Of a stretch of DNA of 64,000 nt, positions 40,019-50,900 are shown piece after piece. Origin of the DNA: Yuukianura sp. NJ FZ-2021 (taxonomy: Eukaryota); the NCBI GenBank assembly GCA_046563655.1, contig CM102287.1, positions 2,666,001 to 2,730,000 of the forward strand, in the 5' to 3' direction. Position 1 is the first letter of the stretch. Every line of letters starts with the position of its first letter. The translations under genes were made by a program, and so were the position numbers. The notes under the pieces are model-generated. The model was not told where the DNA came from. It did not search any database and worked only from the letters and a program-made list of their open reading frames with translations.

Positions 40019-40579
40019 ACTTTAAACTTGCCATGGAACATAGCTTTAGCACAGGAATTTAGAAATTCTGGATTTAAATCTAGAATCTTAGACAAAGCCA
40101 TCGAGTCTCAAACACAATGCACATGCACATGGATCTTCAAAAATCTTTAACTTACTTAGAAAAGCACAAGCACAGCAGTACTTAGACATACAACCAGAAC
40201 GGGTTTGTTCACACCAAGAACAACAAAATGTAAGTTATTCAAAAATTATCTTAGTTCTCTCAACTAAAACCGAATTCCAGAAGTTCGGAAACTTAGCTTT
40301 AAGCACATGCACACATGCTCTCACCCAAAATCTCTTACTAAAGTTAGAATTTAGAATAAGATTGTGAAAGTTCTCTAGATTCTAAGCTAACTGCTTAGTA
40401 ATTCCTACCAGATACAAAGTAATTGCACTGATTCTTGCCGAAAATTAATTAAACTCACTAAGATCAGTTAAAATAACAATCTTTCCTTTATTTTGTGCTA
40501 ATTCTCACCCGATGGTGTTTTTTTTGTGTGGTGCAAAAGTGTTGCTGTTAATTCATTGGTAAAGTGCTGGAGCAGCATT

Positions 40580-43436
40580 TTATGCTTGGTAGTAGTCTTC
40601 AAATGCATTGGCACGCCAGCCCTTGGTGTATCCATGGGCAGCTCGTTGTTCAGCCAAGAATGTCGTCAGTGGAGCAAAGTATTCTGTGATTGGTGCAGCA
40701 GACATCTTGCTTTGTCCAATCACCTCCAGCAGAAGGTCTTCCCACGTCTTGGAGAATCCAGACTCCAGGATCAGTCTGGAAAAATTCATAAAAAATTCAA
40801 GTTAGCAGAAAGCTAAAATCAGTTTTAGTTTTTCATTTTCGCCAATTATGTTACCTCATTTGGTCTCCAGCTTCAAGATTTCTATAGATGTCGCAGTCGT
40901 GAAGCGGTTTCTCTGGATTTCCAGGCTCATACTGTCCAGCAGTTTCGCAAAGGGATTGATGCAGTTGAAACTGGAGAATGAAGCTCACAAAGTACCTGAA
41001 ATCAAAAACATTTTCAGCTTTAGCGACAATATGTATTCATTTGTCATTTCAAGGAATTATGATGGTGATAACCTCAGCAACTCACCTGATGTACGGTGTG
41101 TTTCCTGAAATTAATTAAGTTCATGATTAATTACTAGGTTAATCAAGCAACTCAACTTTGTGATTATCTTGTGGAGTGGAATGTACCTGGTACATGATAC
41201 TTGGCTCCAGCATCAAAATCAATTTCACTTCGCATCACTGGTGGAACCACGCCTTGGTAATCAGATCTGTATAAGGATAAATCCAGATCATCAGAAATCA
41301 AATATCAAAATGCGATTAGCTTCAAATGAAAGATGGAGATTTTGAAAAATTGGGATTTCCTTGTTAACTTTTGATAGCCTAATGTCAAGTGGCAATTGTT
41401 TTTACTAATCCTTCTGCTTACCTCATTTTGAGCCAATTGTACGTAATGTTTTGCGTTGGAATTGATCCATCAAACAATCCCCAACGATAAGAGTCAATCA
41501 AGTACCCAAACGGCAGAAATGCAACCTAGTAACACAAATACCAACATGAAAATCACAGTTTTCAAAATTTTGAAACTTTCCAAATTGACTTTTACCTTTT
41601 CGAGAGCCATTTTCATGAGATAGTTGAGAGTGGATTCGGTTGATGATTCAGTTGCATTCATGTATCCCAGTTCAACCATGTGCTTAGGAGTTGCAACGCT
41701 GAGAGCAATGACATCTCCAATGGCCTCATGGAATCCAGGATTAGCTCCATCTCTGAAAACAATTGGTTGGTGTTTGTAGTTCAAGAAGTACTGAATGTGG
41801 CCCAGTTCGTGGTGAGCAGTGATGAAGTCCTCCATGTTAACACTCGTACACATTTTGATCCTAGAAGGTCAAAGGTCATGACGATTTTGAAGTTAATTGT
41901 TAATTTAATTAGATTTGAAGCTTCCTTACCTGTAGTCCTCTCCATCGGAAAAGTCCCAGGCAGAAGCGTGACAAACTACTTCTCGGTCGGCTGGCTTCAC
42001 AATCATTGCCTTCTCTCCGTATGACATTCCCATGTCTTCCAGACCAAGCGACACGAAAAACTCGTTACACACGTCAAACATGTCGCTGATTCCCTCTTGA
42101 GTCTCGTTGAATCGCTGCAAGTGAAGATTTTCCAAAATTTAGAATTTCATGAATTTTTGGAAAAGGATTTGAATTTTTGAAAATCTTGCAAAGTGTTGCT
42201 TTACTTCTTTGAGAGCGTCAGTGACATCGAAAACTGGAGCATCCGGAAACGGAACGACGTCGTTGTAGACATGTTCCCAGGTCTGGAAAACATCCAAATT
42301 AATCAGATTAATTAGATTAGTTGTGATTAATTTAGTCAATTTAGAACTTCAGTGACATTTCCTTACCTGTGCCCACATGTTTCCAAGGATACTGGCTGGA
42401 AGTGGCTCACCATCGATGACATGTTCTGGATACTTCGTCTGGAGACGAAAGCGGACGTAGGCGTGGAGTTCGTCGTAGAGATCTTTCACTTCTTGCCACA
42501 ACGTTTCCATGTCGGCCCGGAACGTTTCTGATTCGTACATTCGGATCCAGAAGTCACCCATGTCATCATATCCGTTGAGCCTTGCAGCTTCGTTGGACAG
42601 GTCAATGTATCTGATGTACTGGTCACGCATCAGTTTTCCAGTGTGGTCACGCCACTTTTGCCACACGTACGTCAACTCGTCGTAGTTTGTAGACGTGGCA
42701 ATGATAGCCTCGAGTGCTGTCACAGTTTAAAAGTTGAAGGTTTTCGAAAATTTTAAGAATTTTGGAAATTGATTGTTCAAAAACTTACATGGCTCCAGTG
42801 GAAGTCCTTCGGTTGCGATATCACAGTCTTGGTTGTCGAATGGACAGACTTTAGCCGTTCCATAGATTCCGTTCATTTCAGCCAACAGGAGATTGTACTA
42901 AACAGAGAGATATGAAAATGTTGTACACCGCAAAAGCTTTCTTTACCTTTTGACCTTAGCCTTACCTCTTGCAAGTGATCTTCTGGAAGGGCAGCAGTTC
43001 CAATGGCATTGAGAAACTTCAGTTGACGTCTGACTAAACTGTCTTCTGGAAATGACTCCCAGTCGTACATGCTAAAGTTGGCTTCCCATTCAGCATAGAT
43101 GAAATTGGCATATGCGATGTTGGCAGCAGTACTGGCTTCTTCCTTTGTAGCGTTGAGCAAGTCAGTGTTGTACTCCCAATCAGCAGTCACTACTTTGTTG
43201 AGCTCGGCAGAAGCTGTTGGCTCGTAGTAGTTTTCCAAGTAATCTTTAGCTTGGGCTTCACATACCGCTGGATCTGAAATCGTTTTGAAAACGTTTAGTG
43301 TAAAAAAAAGTCAAAAGTTTTGAGTATAGTTTTTGAAAATGTCACCTCCAGTGCACAGAAGCTTCGCTTTCGGTTTGGCCAAGGCCGCTCCTAGACACAA
43401 AGTGATCAAAAGTAGGACTGCTACGTACTTTACCAT
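40580..43436 (-). CDS. ACE: Angiotensin-converting enzyme (peptidase M2), single-domain secreted Ance/Acer-like
   Basis: About 12 exons. Signal peptide [43 protein letters not shown], zinc motif [42 protein letters not shown] (via a 19-nt micro-exon at 41104-41086); stop at 40582-40580. Confidence 0.95.
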
Positions 43437-44173
43437 TTTGTTGAAAGGTCAAATGTCAACTGCAGACACTTTTCCGACTAACCACCACTCCTCCTATGTC
43501 CTTCCTATTTATCCCATCGTCATTGGTAACCTACATGAGAACTGATACTAAATTAATCAGCCTTTCAACCCTGATGCATTCAAGTGGCTTTGCAATATTA
43601 TCATATTTTTTCCAATTTACCTGTTTTTAGAGGATGATGTCATTCTCGTCATTGTCGCAGGCCCAATGTCATTGGAATTCTGGAATTCCATGGCTCCAGA
43701 TCAGGAACGTCTATCCAGAAGTCATCCAGCATCAGCAGCATCTTCGCTTTCGAAGAATCCATCAGCAGCATCAGTACCAAACCAACCCAGCAGTACATCG
43801 CTCGATCGCTCGCAAGCAGCAGTAGAAGGTGAGCGATATCAAAATCAAACCTGAAATTGACAAAATAGCAAATGACAATTAGATAATCAGACAACTGTAG
43901 ATGAATTAGCTTCAGATTAAAATAATTAGCACTAATTTGTGTACCTTCTGCATTGATTAACACCAATTAACCTTGAGTTTTGACTTTGTTGTCATTTGTT
44001 ATTCTAAACACATGTGTCGGTTGAAGTAATGCTCACATCTACTCCTGGGTACTAACGACTTCGGCTGAAGCACTATCTTTGTAACCACAAAGTGATCAAC
44101 CATACCATTTTGAATTTTTAAAAAATTGACAATTCAAAAACCTTGAAACAGTTTTTGTTCTAATTCAAAAATT

Positions 44174-47118
44174 TCATGCAAGCCACCTAGTCTTATTTGT
44201 TACCAAAAAGACAAGTATTAAAGCCCATTTTAAATCGTTTTGCAAAACGTAAGCAGCACTTTTGGATTTTCCAGCAAAACTGGAATCGAAATTAATAGGA
44301 TTTTGAAATTGAGGCTGAGGAGTTGTACTTGTAGCAGTAATTGTTGAAATGTCAGTTTGGAGACATGCTGTTACCACTGCTGGATCCAGCATGGTAAGAC
44401 TCTTCAGAAGTTCATCAATCGTGTGATTCAATGTCCGAGCAGCAGAGCACTGATGATCCGCAGTGAATGTTTCAGAAAAACAGCTCCGATATATCGACAT
44501 TGCTCTAAAAAATCGTTTTTTTTTTCAAAAATTTAGGTATAAGAAATCATGAGTTTAAAAGTGTCAGGGTTGCGAACCTGCAAAAATTTCGGTTTTGTTT
44601 CAATGAAAAATCAGGGTCGAACTGCAGGTAAATTGGGTTTACACACACTTGAAATTTTGGAAAAATTGGGTCTCCACATTCTTGTACCTCAAATCCACTG
44701 GAAATCAGTACTGGAATTTCAAAAACAAACATATCGATATCATCAATTGAGTAAAAATTTGAAAAAAAAAACATTTGAAAACTTTACAATTGAGCGTGTC
44801 TTTGCTTGAACAGAGTTGTTTAGCAGCCAGTACAGCTACGTAGCCTTCAGGAGCATTTCGTTCGATGAGGTCAAAGTAACCTTCGACGCAGTTCAGCGCC
44901 AGCGACAATTCGGCACACAGTTGCATCATGTCAGATTTTAACAAGGATTCCGAAACATTCACACTGAAAACCGGAACTGAAAATGTCAAATTCCGACATC
45001 TCTCAGCATCCATGATCTGTAAATTCGAAAACAGAAATTTTCAAACTAAAAAAAGATAATACAATCCAAAGAAACCTTATTTTAGACTAATCGTGGCTAC
45101 TTCCAAAAGTATAGTGTAGAAACTTAGAAAGTGTGATGATGTTTTAAACCAATATTTTGGAATTTTTAAATTTCTTATAAATTAGGAAAATGGACTTTAG
45201 TGAAATTGTTAGTCTAATCCCGACTTTTTCCAAAAGTCCTTCTCCAGAAAGTTAGAAGGTGTGATGGTGTTTTCAAAAAACAATATTTTGGAATTTTTAA
45301 ATTTCTCATAAATTAGGAAAATGGACTTTAGTGAAATTGTTAGTCTAATCCCGACTTTTTCCAAAAGTCCTTCTCCAGAAAGTTAGAAGGTGTGATGGTG
45401 TTTTCAAAAAACAATATTTTGGAATTTTTAAATTTCTCATAAATTAGGAAAATGGACTTTAGTGAAATTGTTAGCCTAATCTAATAAAACGAAAAGAAAT
45501 AACTGTAGAAACATTTGAATAAGGTGACTCACAAATCCACTGATCTCTGGCCGTAAGGAGGATGAGTGGACGTAATTTTCTAAAAACTCTGCCAAAATTG
45601 ACTTGAATGTTAAAGTAAACAGTGGAACTCGATCAGATTGACCCATTGACCTTGATTCCAGAACTGTCACTGGTGGCAAATAGCTGAGTTTTGGCTGATC
45701 CCGTGACGTGCAGGTCATAACTCTTCTCACTTCGCGTACCATTGAGGTCAACAAATGCTCTGGAGCAATCCTTCCACATTTTTTGGTAATTGACAAACAA
45801 TTAATTACAAAGTCCAGGATCCTAAAAGTTAAAAAATTCGAACTTTAAAACAGTCATTTCATTTTGAAGCCAACTCATTGTTACTCCAACTGAGCCTTAC
45901 GGTATTCACTTTTTAGAAATTTTTAAACTTTTTTTGAAAAAGTGTTAACTTACACACAGATACTTGTCGGATGATTGTTCAAACTTGAAACTTTTTCTGA
46001 AATGCAATTTCCAATTTGTTCTCCGAATTCTTCCAGACACTGGAGCCCTCCCTCCGTAATGAACACTTCCGATTTTGAAAAAAAATTGAATCATTCATTA
46101 GAACTTTAGTTTTAATTGACACTTTTGTTCAACTTTTACTTCAATCTTGTTTTTAAATTTTGAACTAAATTATTGAAAATCTTAAATGAAATTAGAAGCA
46201 GGTTGGACGCCACATAAAAAGTTAAAAGTTTGAAATGGGAAAGATGCATGTAATAAACCCTAACTATTTTCTCGCATTCCGATTGGCTCCCAAAGAAAGC
46301 ATTATGAGAGATAGGGAATCAGATAGGAAAAATACACAGGAGAAAACTTTCATCTCAACTCTCACTCTCCACATGATAATTCCCCTATCTCAAAAAATTA
46401 AAATTTCAACTGGAGTTTTGCTAAACAATTTCTTTTAAATAAGAAATCCTTAAAATTAAATTGTTAATAAATACAACAAATTAGTTTATCTTAGTAGTGT
46501 TAGATTATTGTTAGGCTAACAATGGTTAGTTGAGTTAGTTAATTGTAAGTTAGATTAGTTAATTAATTAGTAGCGGTTGATGAAGCAGAGGATTCCATTA
46601 CATGCAGCATTTGTGCCATCATTGTCTTTTCCACAGAAGAACTGGACAACCGACTCCATGCCAGTGACGAGTTGATTTCTCGTGGATTGACCCCAACATT
46701 GCTCCACTGCTTGCAGTCCCCCGTCCATGCATGACCTCATCTGGGGCCACCGGACACAAATGTTGCGAAATACAACACCCAAGTCCCCCCGGGGAATGGC
46801 ACTCCTGATCTCAGCCATCAAGTCAGTCCCATTGAACATCTCAGACACACAGGAAGTCATGTTTTCCTAAAGAACATTAAGGATTAGTGAAATTTTGAAT
46901 TGACCGTTGACCTATGACCTCACTGTGGCCAGTTCCAGATCCATTGTAAAGTTCTGCTGACATGTTTGTTGAACTTGGACTAAGAAATCTTCCAATGTTT
47001 CTGGAGCAGAGAGTGGAAGTATTTCCAATTCCGTGACCTCAGTCTCGTTTTGTGCTGGAAATTGTTCTGCGACGACGCTGATCAGCGACAGCGTTAAGGT
47101 TAGGATGAATTGACGCAT
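44174..47118 (-). CDS. 27-kDa hemolymph glycoprotein (DUF1397)-like protein with a second Cys-rich module and hydrophobic C-terminus, ~517 aa
   Basis: Seven phase-compatible exons (47118-46924, 46866-46602, 46065-45954, 45821-45533, 45016-44788, 44710-44578, 44504-44174). Signal peptide MRQFILTLTLSLISVVA; EIRSAIPRGDLGVVFRNIC and LFITEGGLQC resemble DUF1397 motifs; ends KWALILVFLVTNKTRWLA*. Confidence 0.75.
45082..45480. repeat. Minisatellite, 131-bp unit x3, inside intron 4 of the DUF1397-like gene
   Basis: Units start at ~45082, 45209 and 45340, with a partial unit at 45471. Copies 2 and 3 look identical; copy 1 is diverged. Confidence 0.92.
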
Positions 47119-47119
47119 G

Positions 47120-47704
47120 TGAAATGGGTGGATGAATGCGATCAATTTGTCAAGTTAGGTTACTAATTCTTTTGCTGCTACCACAAAAACGACTGTCCAG
47201 ATTCTGAAATCCTTTTGCACACTTAAGGCGTCTATATTAAGGGATGTGTCAAGAACTTTGTAGCTTTCTTGCTGGTCCAGGTTTAAAACTATAGACGATT
47301 TTGAGTTGCTTTATTGTTGCCACTTTCCAAGGAGGAGGACACAATTAAGGCAAAAACTAATACTTAACTCGAGAGAGAAAAGACTTACAACAATAGTAGG
47401 ATCGAGTGACCACTACTGGCGAGAAAACAATAGGCTCAAGTGAGCGAGAGAGAAAGAAGCTACTGCAGCGAGTGCTGGAGAGAGACTTAGACTTGAAACT
47501 AAAACTAGGATTTGAGGCGATTCCGCCTCCACTGATCGCCCTTGAGAATGGCCACGTCACCTCCGGTGAGGATGACACCTCGTCCTCTCTCAAGGTGATG
47601 AGCGGAGTCGGAAGACCGTTAAGAGTACTAATGTACTTAAACCAAAAGTAGAGGTCACACAAAGAGGAAGGGAGATTGGAGAATCTCCACTTGATTCCTC
47701 AACA
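47120..47704 (-). repeat. 3' LTR of the BEL/Pao element
   Basis: Direct repeat of 53416-54000 (offset 6296). I saw no differences by eye, and the ORF track gives identical peptides for both copies. Confidence 0.97.
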
Positions 47705-47997
47705 TTCTGCCCCCATTGAGCGATGAGCTCAATCAAGGAATCAAAACGTTATGGAATCAGACGTCAAGTGTCATGGAGATTCACCAACTCATATGAAAGG
47801 ATAGCTCTATACCTATAGATAGGCCTATACTAGATAATAAAGAAATTAAATTTTTGTGCAAATTTTAACGAATTACTCTGGCGAAAAACTACCATCGATT
47901 TTCGTGAAACTTTACAGTAATGTAGCTTGAGGGGTCTAGTATGTGAAAATTAACGCGTTCCATTGGGGGTCAAGGAAAGATACATTTTTACCCTAAC

Positions 47998-50900
47998 TTA
48001 ATCTGTTGGTTGAAGAAGTGGGGCAATCTTCGAAATGGGGCGTTGAAGGGTCCCAGTGGCTGTCTTCAGGGTGACGACTCGAACTAGACCATCACTGCCG
48101 GGGTGAGTTTCGGTGATCCTTGCCAATTTCCACTTGAGAGGAGGAAGCTGTTCGTCTCGGATCAGCACCAAGTCTCCAACCTGCACATTGGCCGTCTGCT
48201 TCTTCCATTTGTAGCGTTGCTGCAATGAGGTCAAGTACTCCGCACTCCAACGTCGCCAGAAATGCTGGAACATCTGGGTGACATGCTGCCATCTCGTCAG
48301 CCGGTTGACTCGCTGCTGGGTGACATCGTCTTCGGGAAGAGCGGTAAGTGGCTGCCCAATCAGCAAATGACCTGGGGTCAGCACGTTGTGGTCCAGTGGA
48401 TCATTGGAGAGAGCACACAGCGGTCTAGAGTTGAGAGCGGCCTCGACTTGACAGAGCAACGTCCAGAATTCTTCGAGGGTGAGGGTGCTTTGACCAACGA
48501 CGCGACGAAGATGGTACTTAGCACTCTTCACTCCAGCTTCCCAAAGTCCACCTTGGTGAGGCGCTCCTGGTGGAATGAAGTGCCATCGAATCGACTTGTC
48601 TGTCAGGTAGTGGTGAATTTCGTCCTTCCGTGCGATGTCCAAAAATTCACGAAGTTCCCGCTCGGCCCCCACGAAGTTTGTTCCATTGTCGGAATGGATA
48701 TCAGATGGAATTCCGCGACGGGAGACAAACCGACGGAGCGCTGCTAAGAATGCTGGGGTGGAGAGTTCGGTGACTGGCTCAAGATGAACTGCCTTGGAGG
48801 AGAAACAGACGAAGAGACACATGTAGGCCTTGAACTGCTTCTTGCCTCTGCCTTTGGTGACTTGAATGGTGTAAGGACCAGCAAAATCCACTCCCACGAC
48901 TTGGAATCCACGGGAAGGGGTGACTCGGGCAGAAGGAAGAGATCCCATAAGTTGGTTGACCTTGTCAGCTCGAAATCTTCGGCATACTACGCATCTTCGG
49001 ATGATTGTACGAATGACATTTCGAGCACGAGGAATCCAGTACTTCCTGCGGAGCTCAGCCCAAAGTAGTTGAAATCCCGCATGAAGTAAGTCCGAGTGCA
49101 GATCTTCGACAATCAGCTTCGTGACGTGATGATGTGCGGGAAGAATGATTTGATGTTTAGTGGTGTCGCTCAGAGCCGAATGCTGGAGTCTGCCCCCGAC
49201 TCGGAGTAACCCCGTTTTCTTGTCCACAAATGGATTCAACGCTAAGAGGGTGCTGGAGTGAGAAATCTCATTCTGCTGTTCCAACTGGTTGAATTCAGTG
49301 TTGTAGGACTCTCCTTGTGCTTGGCGGATGATGATGAGCAGTGCCCATCGCAATTCTGGAATGGTGAGGTGACCGGTCAATCGCTTGTCCTTTGGTTTAC
49401 TGGAATTCCTGGCGAATCTGAGCACAAAGGCAACAACACGATTGAGAATCTTGAGTTTTGAAAAGCGTGTAGCGATGAAGAATGACATCGTAGGCCGTGA
49501 GGTAACGAAATGGATTCGTTTCTTCTCCTCAAAGACCTTGGATGAGATCTCCTTCTGTGGTGTCTGGAACAATGCTGTGGTGTGGAGCTTGAGCCACTGT
49601 GGTCCTTCCCACCACAGGTCATGGTTCAGAAGTTCTGCCGCTGTGACCCCACGTGAAGCACAGTCGGCTGGATTCAGCGCAGAGGGAACGTATCTCCATG
49701 ATTCCGTTGGGATGATTTCCTGGATAACTGCAATCCGGTTAGCGACGAAAGTCTCGAAGCGTCTGGATTGGCAGCTTATCCAGCGAAGTACGATTTCGGA
49801 GTCGGTCCAGGTGTGGATCTTGACATCGGCACAGAGGGTGGTTTTGACAGCGTTGATCAGCTTAGAAAGGAGCAAGGCGCTGCACAGTTCGAGCCGAGGA
49901 ATTGAAAGATTCTTGTTTGGGGCCACCTTGGTCTTTGATGCGACAAGGCGGACGACAGTATGACCATCAGCTCCAGTGCTCCGCATGTAGACGACAGCAG
50001 CGTAAGCCTTGCTGGAGGCATCGCAGAATCCATGGAATTCAGCAATTGAAGGTTGTGACGCAGGCAAGATACATCTTGGAATGGCTGCCCTTGTGATGTC
50101 CTTCAGTCCGTCCAAGTATTGGAACCATTCTTCCAACATCAGTTCTGGAATCTCGTCATCCCAGTCGAGCACGAACTCTCCGTTGTCGGAAGGAACTGGA
50201 AACCACAGCCGTTGAAAGAATAACTTGACGGTGATGGTCAATGGAGATAGGAACCCGAGAGGGTCGAATACTCTTGACATCTCGGAGAGGACATGTCGCT
50301 TGGTGACCTTGGATGTTGTCTCAGGGAGAAAGCCAGTGAAGAGGAAAGAGTCCTTGGTGGCGTCCCAGGAGATTCCAAGCACTTTCTGAAGTGTAGAGGC
50401 TGAGCTTTCAATTGTGCTGTTCCTCTCCCTCATGGTGGCTGGGATGTGCTCCAGCACTGCATTGGAGTTGGAGTCCCACTTCCGGAGTTCCAGTTTGGCA
50501 GAATCAGTTAAGGCGGTGAGTTGCTTCTGGACTTCAACAGCTTCTTCTGTCGTGGGGTATGAAGATAAGAAGTCATCTACGTAGTAGTTGCTTCGAAGGG
50601 CCTTTGCTCCGAGTGGATACTTCGCTCCTTCATCTTCTGCCAGTTGAAGTAGACAGCGTGTTGCAGTATGAGGTGCGGATGAGGTCCCATAAGTCACAGT
50701 GGTGAGCTCGTACGCTTGAATTGGAAGGCTCGGGTCTTCTCGCCACAGGATTCGGAGGAAACTGCAGTCTTCGTCATGGACTCTGAATTGGCGGTACATC
50801 TTTGTGATATCCGCTTTCAGTGCAACAGGGTGACGTCTGAAGCCCAGGAGAATGTCGAAGAGGTCTGGTTGCACTTTGGGTCCCACCATCAATGTTGAGT

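Noticed and set aside
43649..44103. Possible small two-exon minus-strand gene between ACE and the DUF1397-like gene
   Set aside because: The splice-compatible product is short and has no recognisable features, and the + strand exon reading fits equally well.
45082..45480. Repeat array considered as CRISPR-like
   Set aside because: Head-to-tail 131-bp units with no unique spacers, inside a eukaryotic intron, with no cas genes.
47357..47662. Identical 81-aa and 101-aa ORFs in both LTRs
   Set aside because: Non-ATG starts and no motifs; their duplication simply reflects the LTR duplication.
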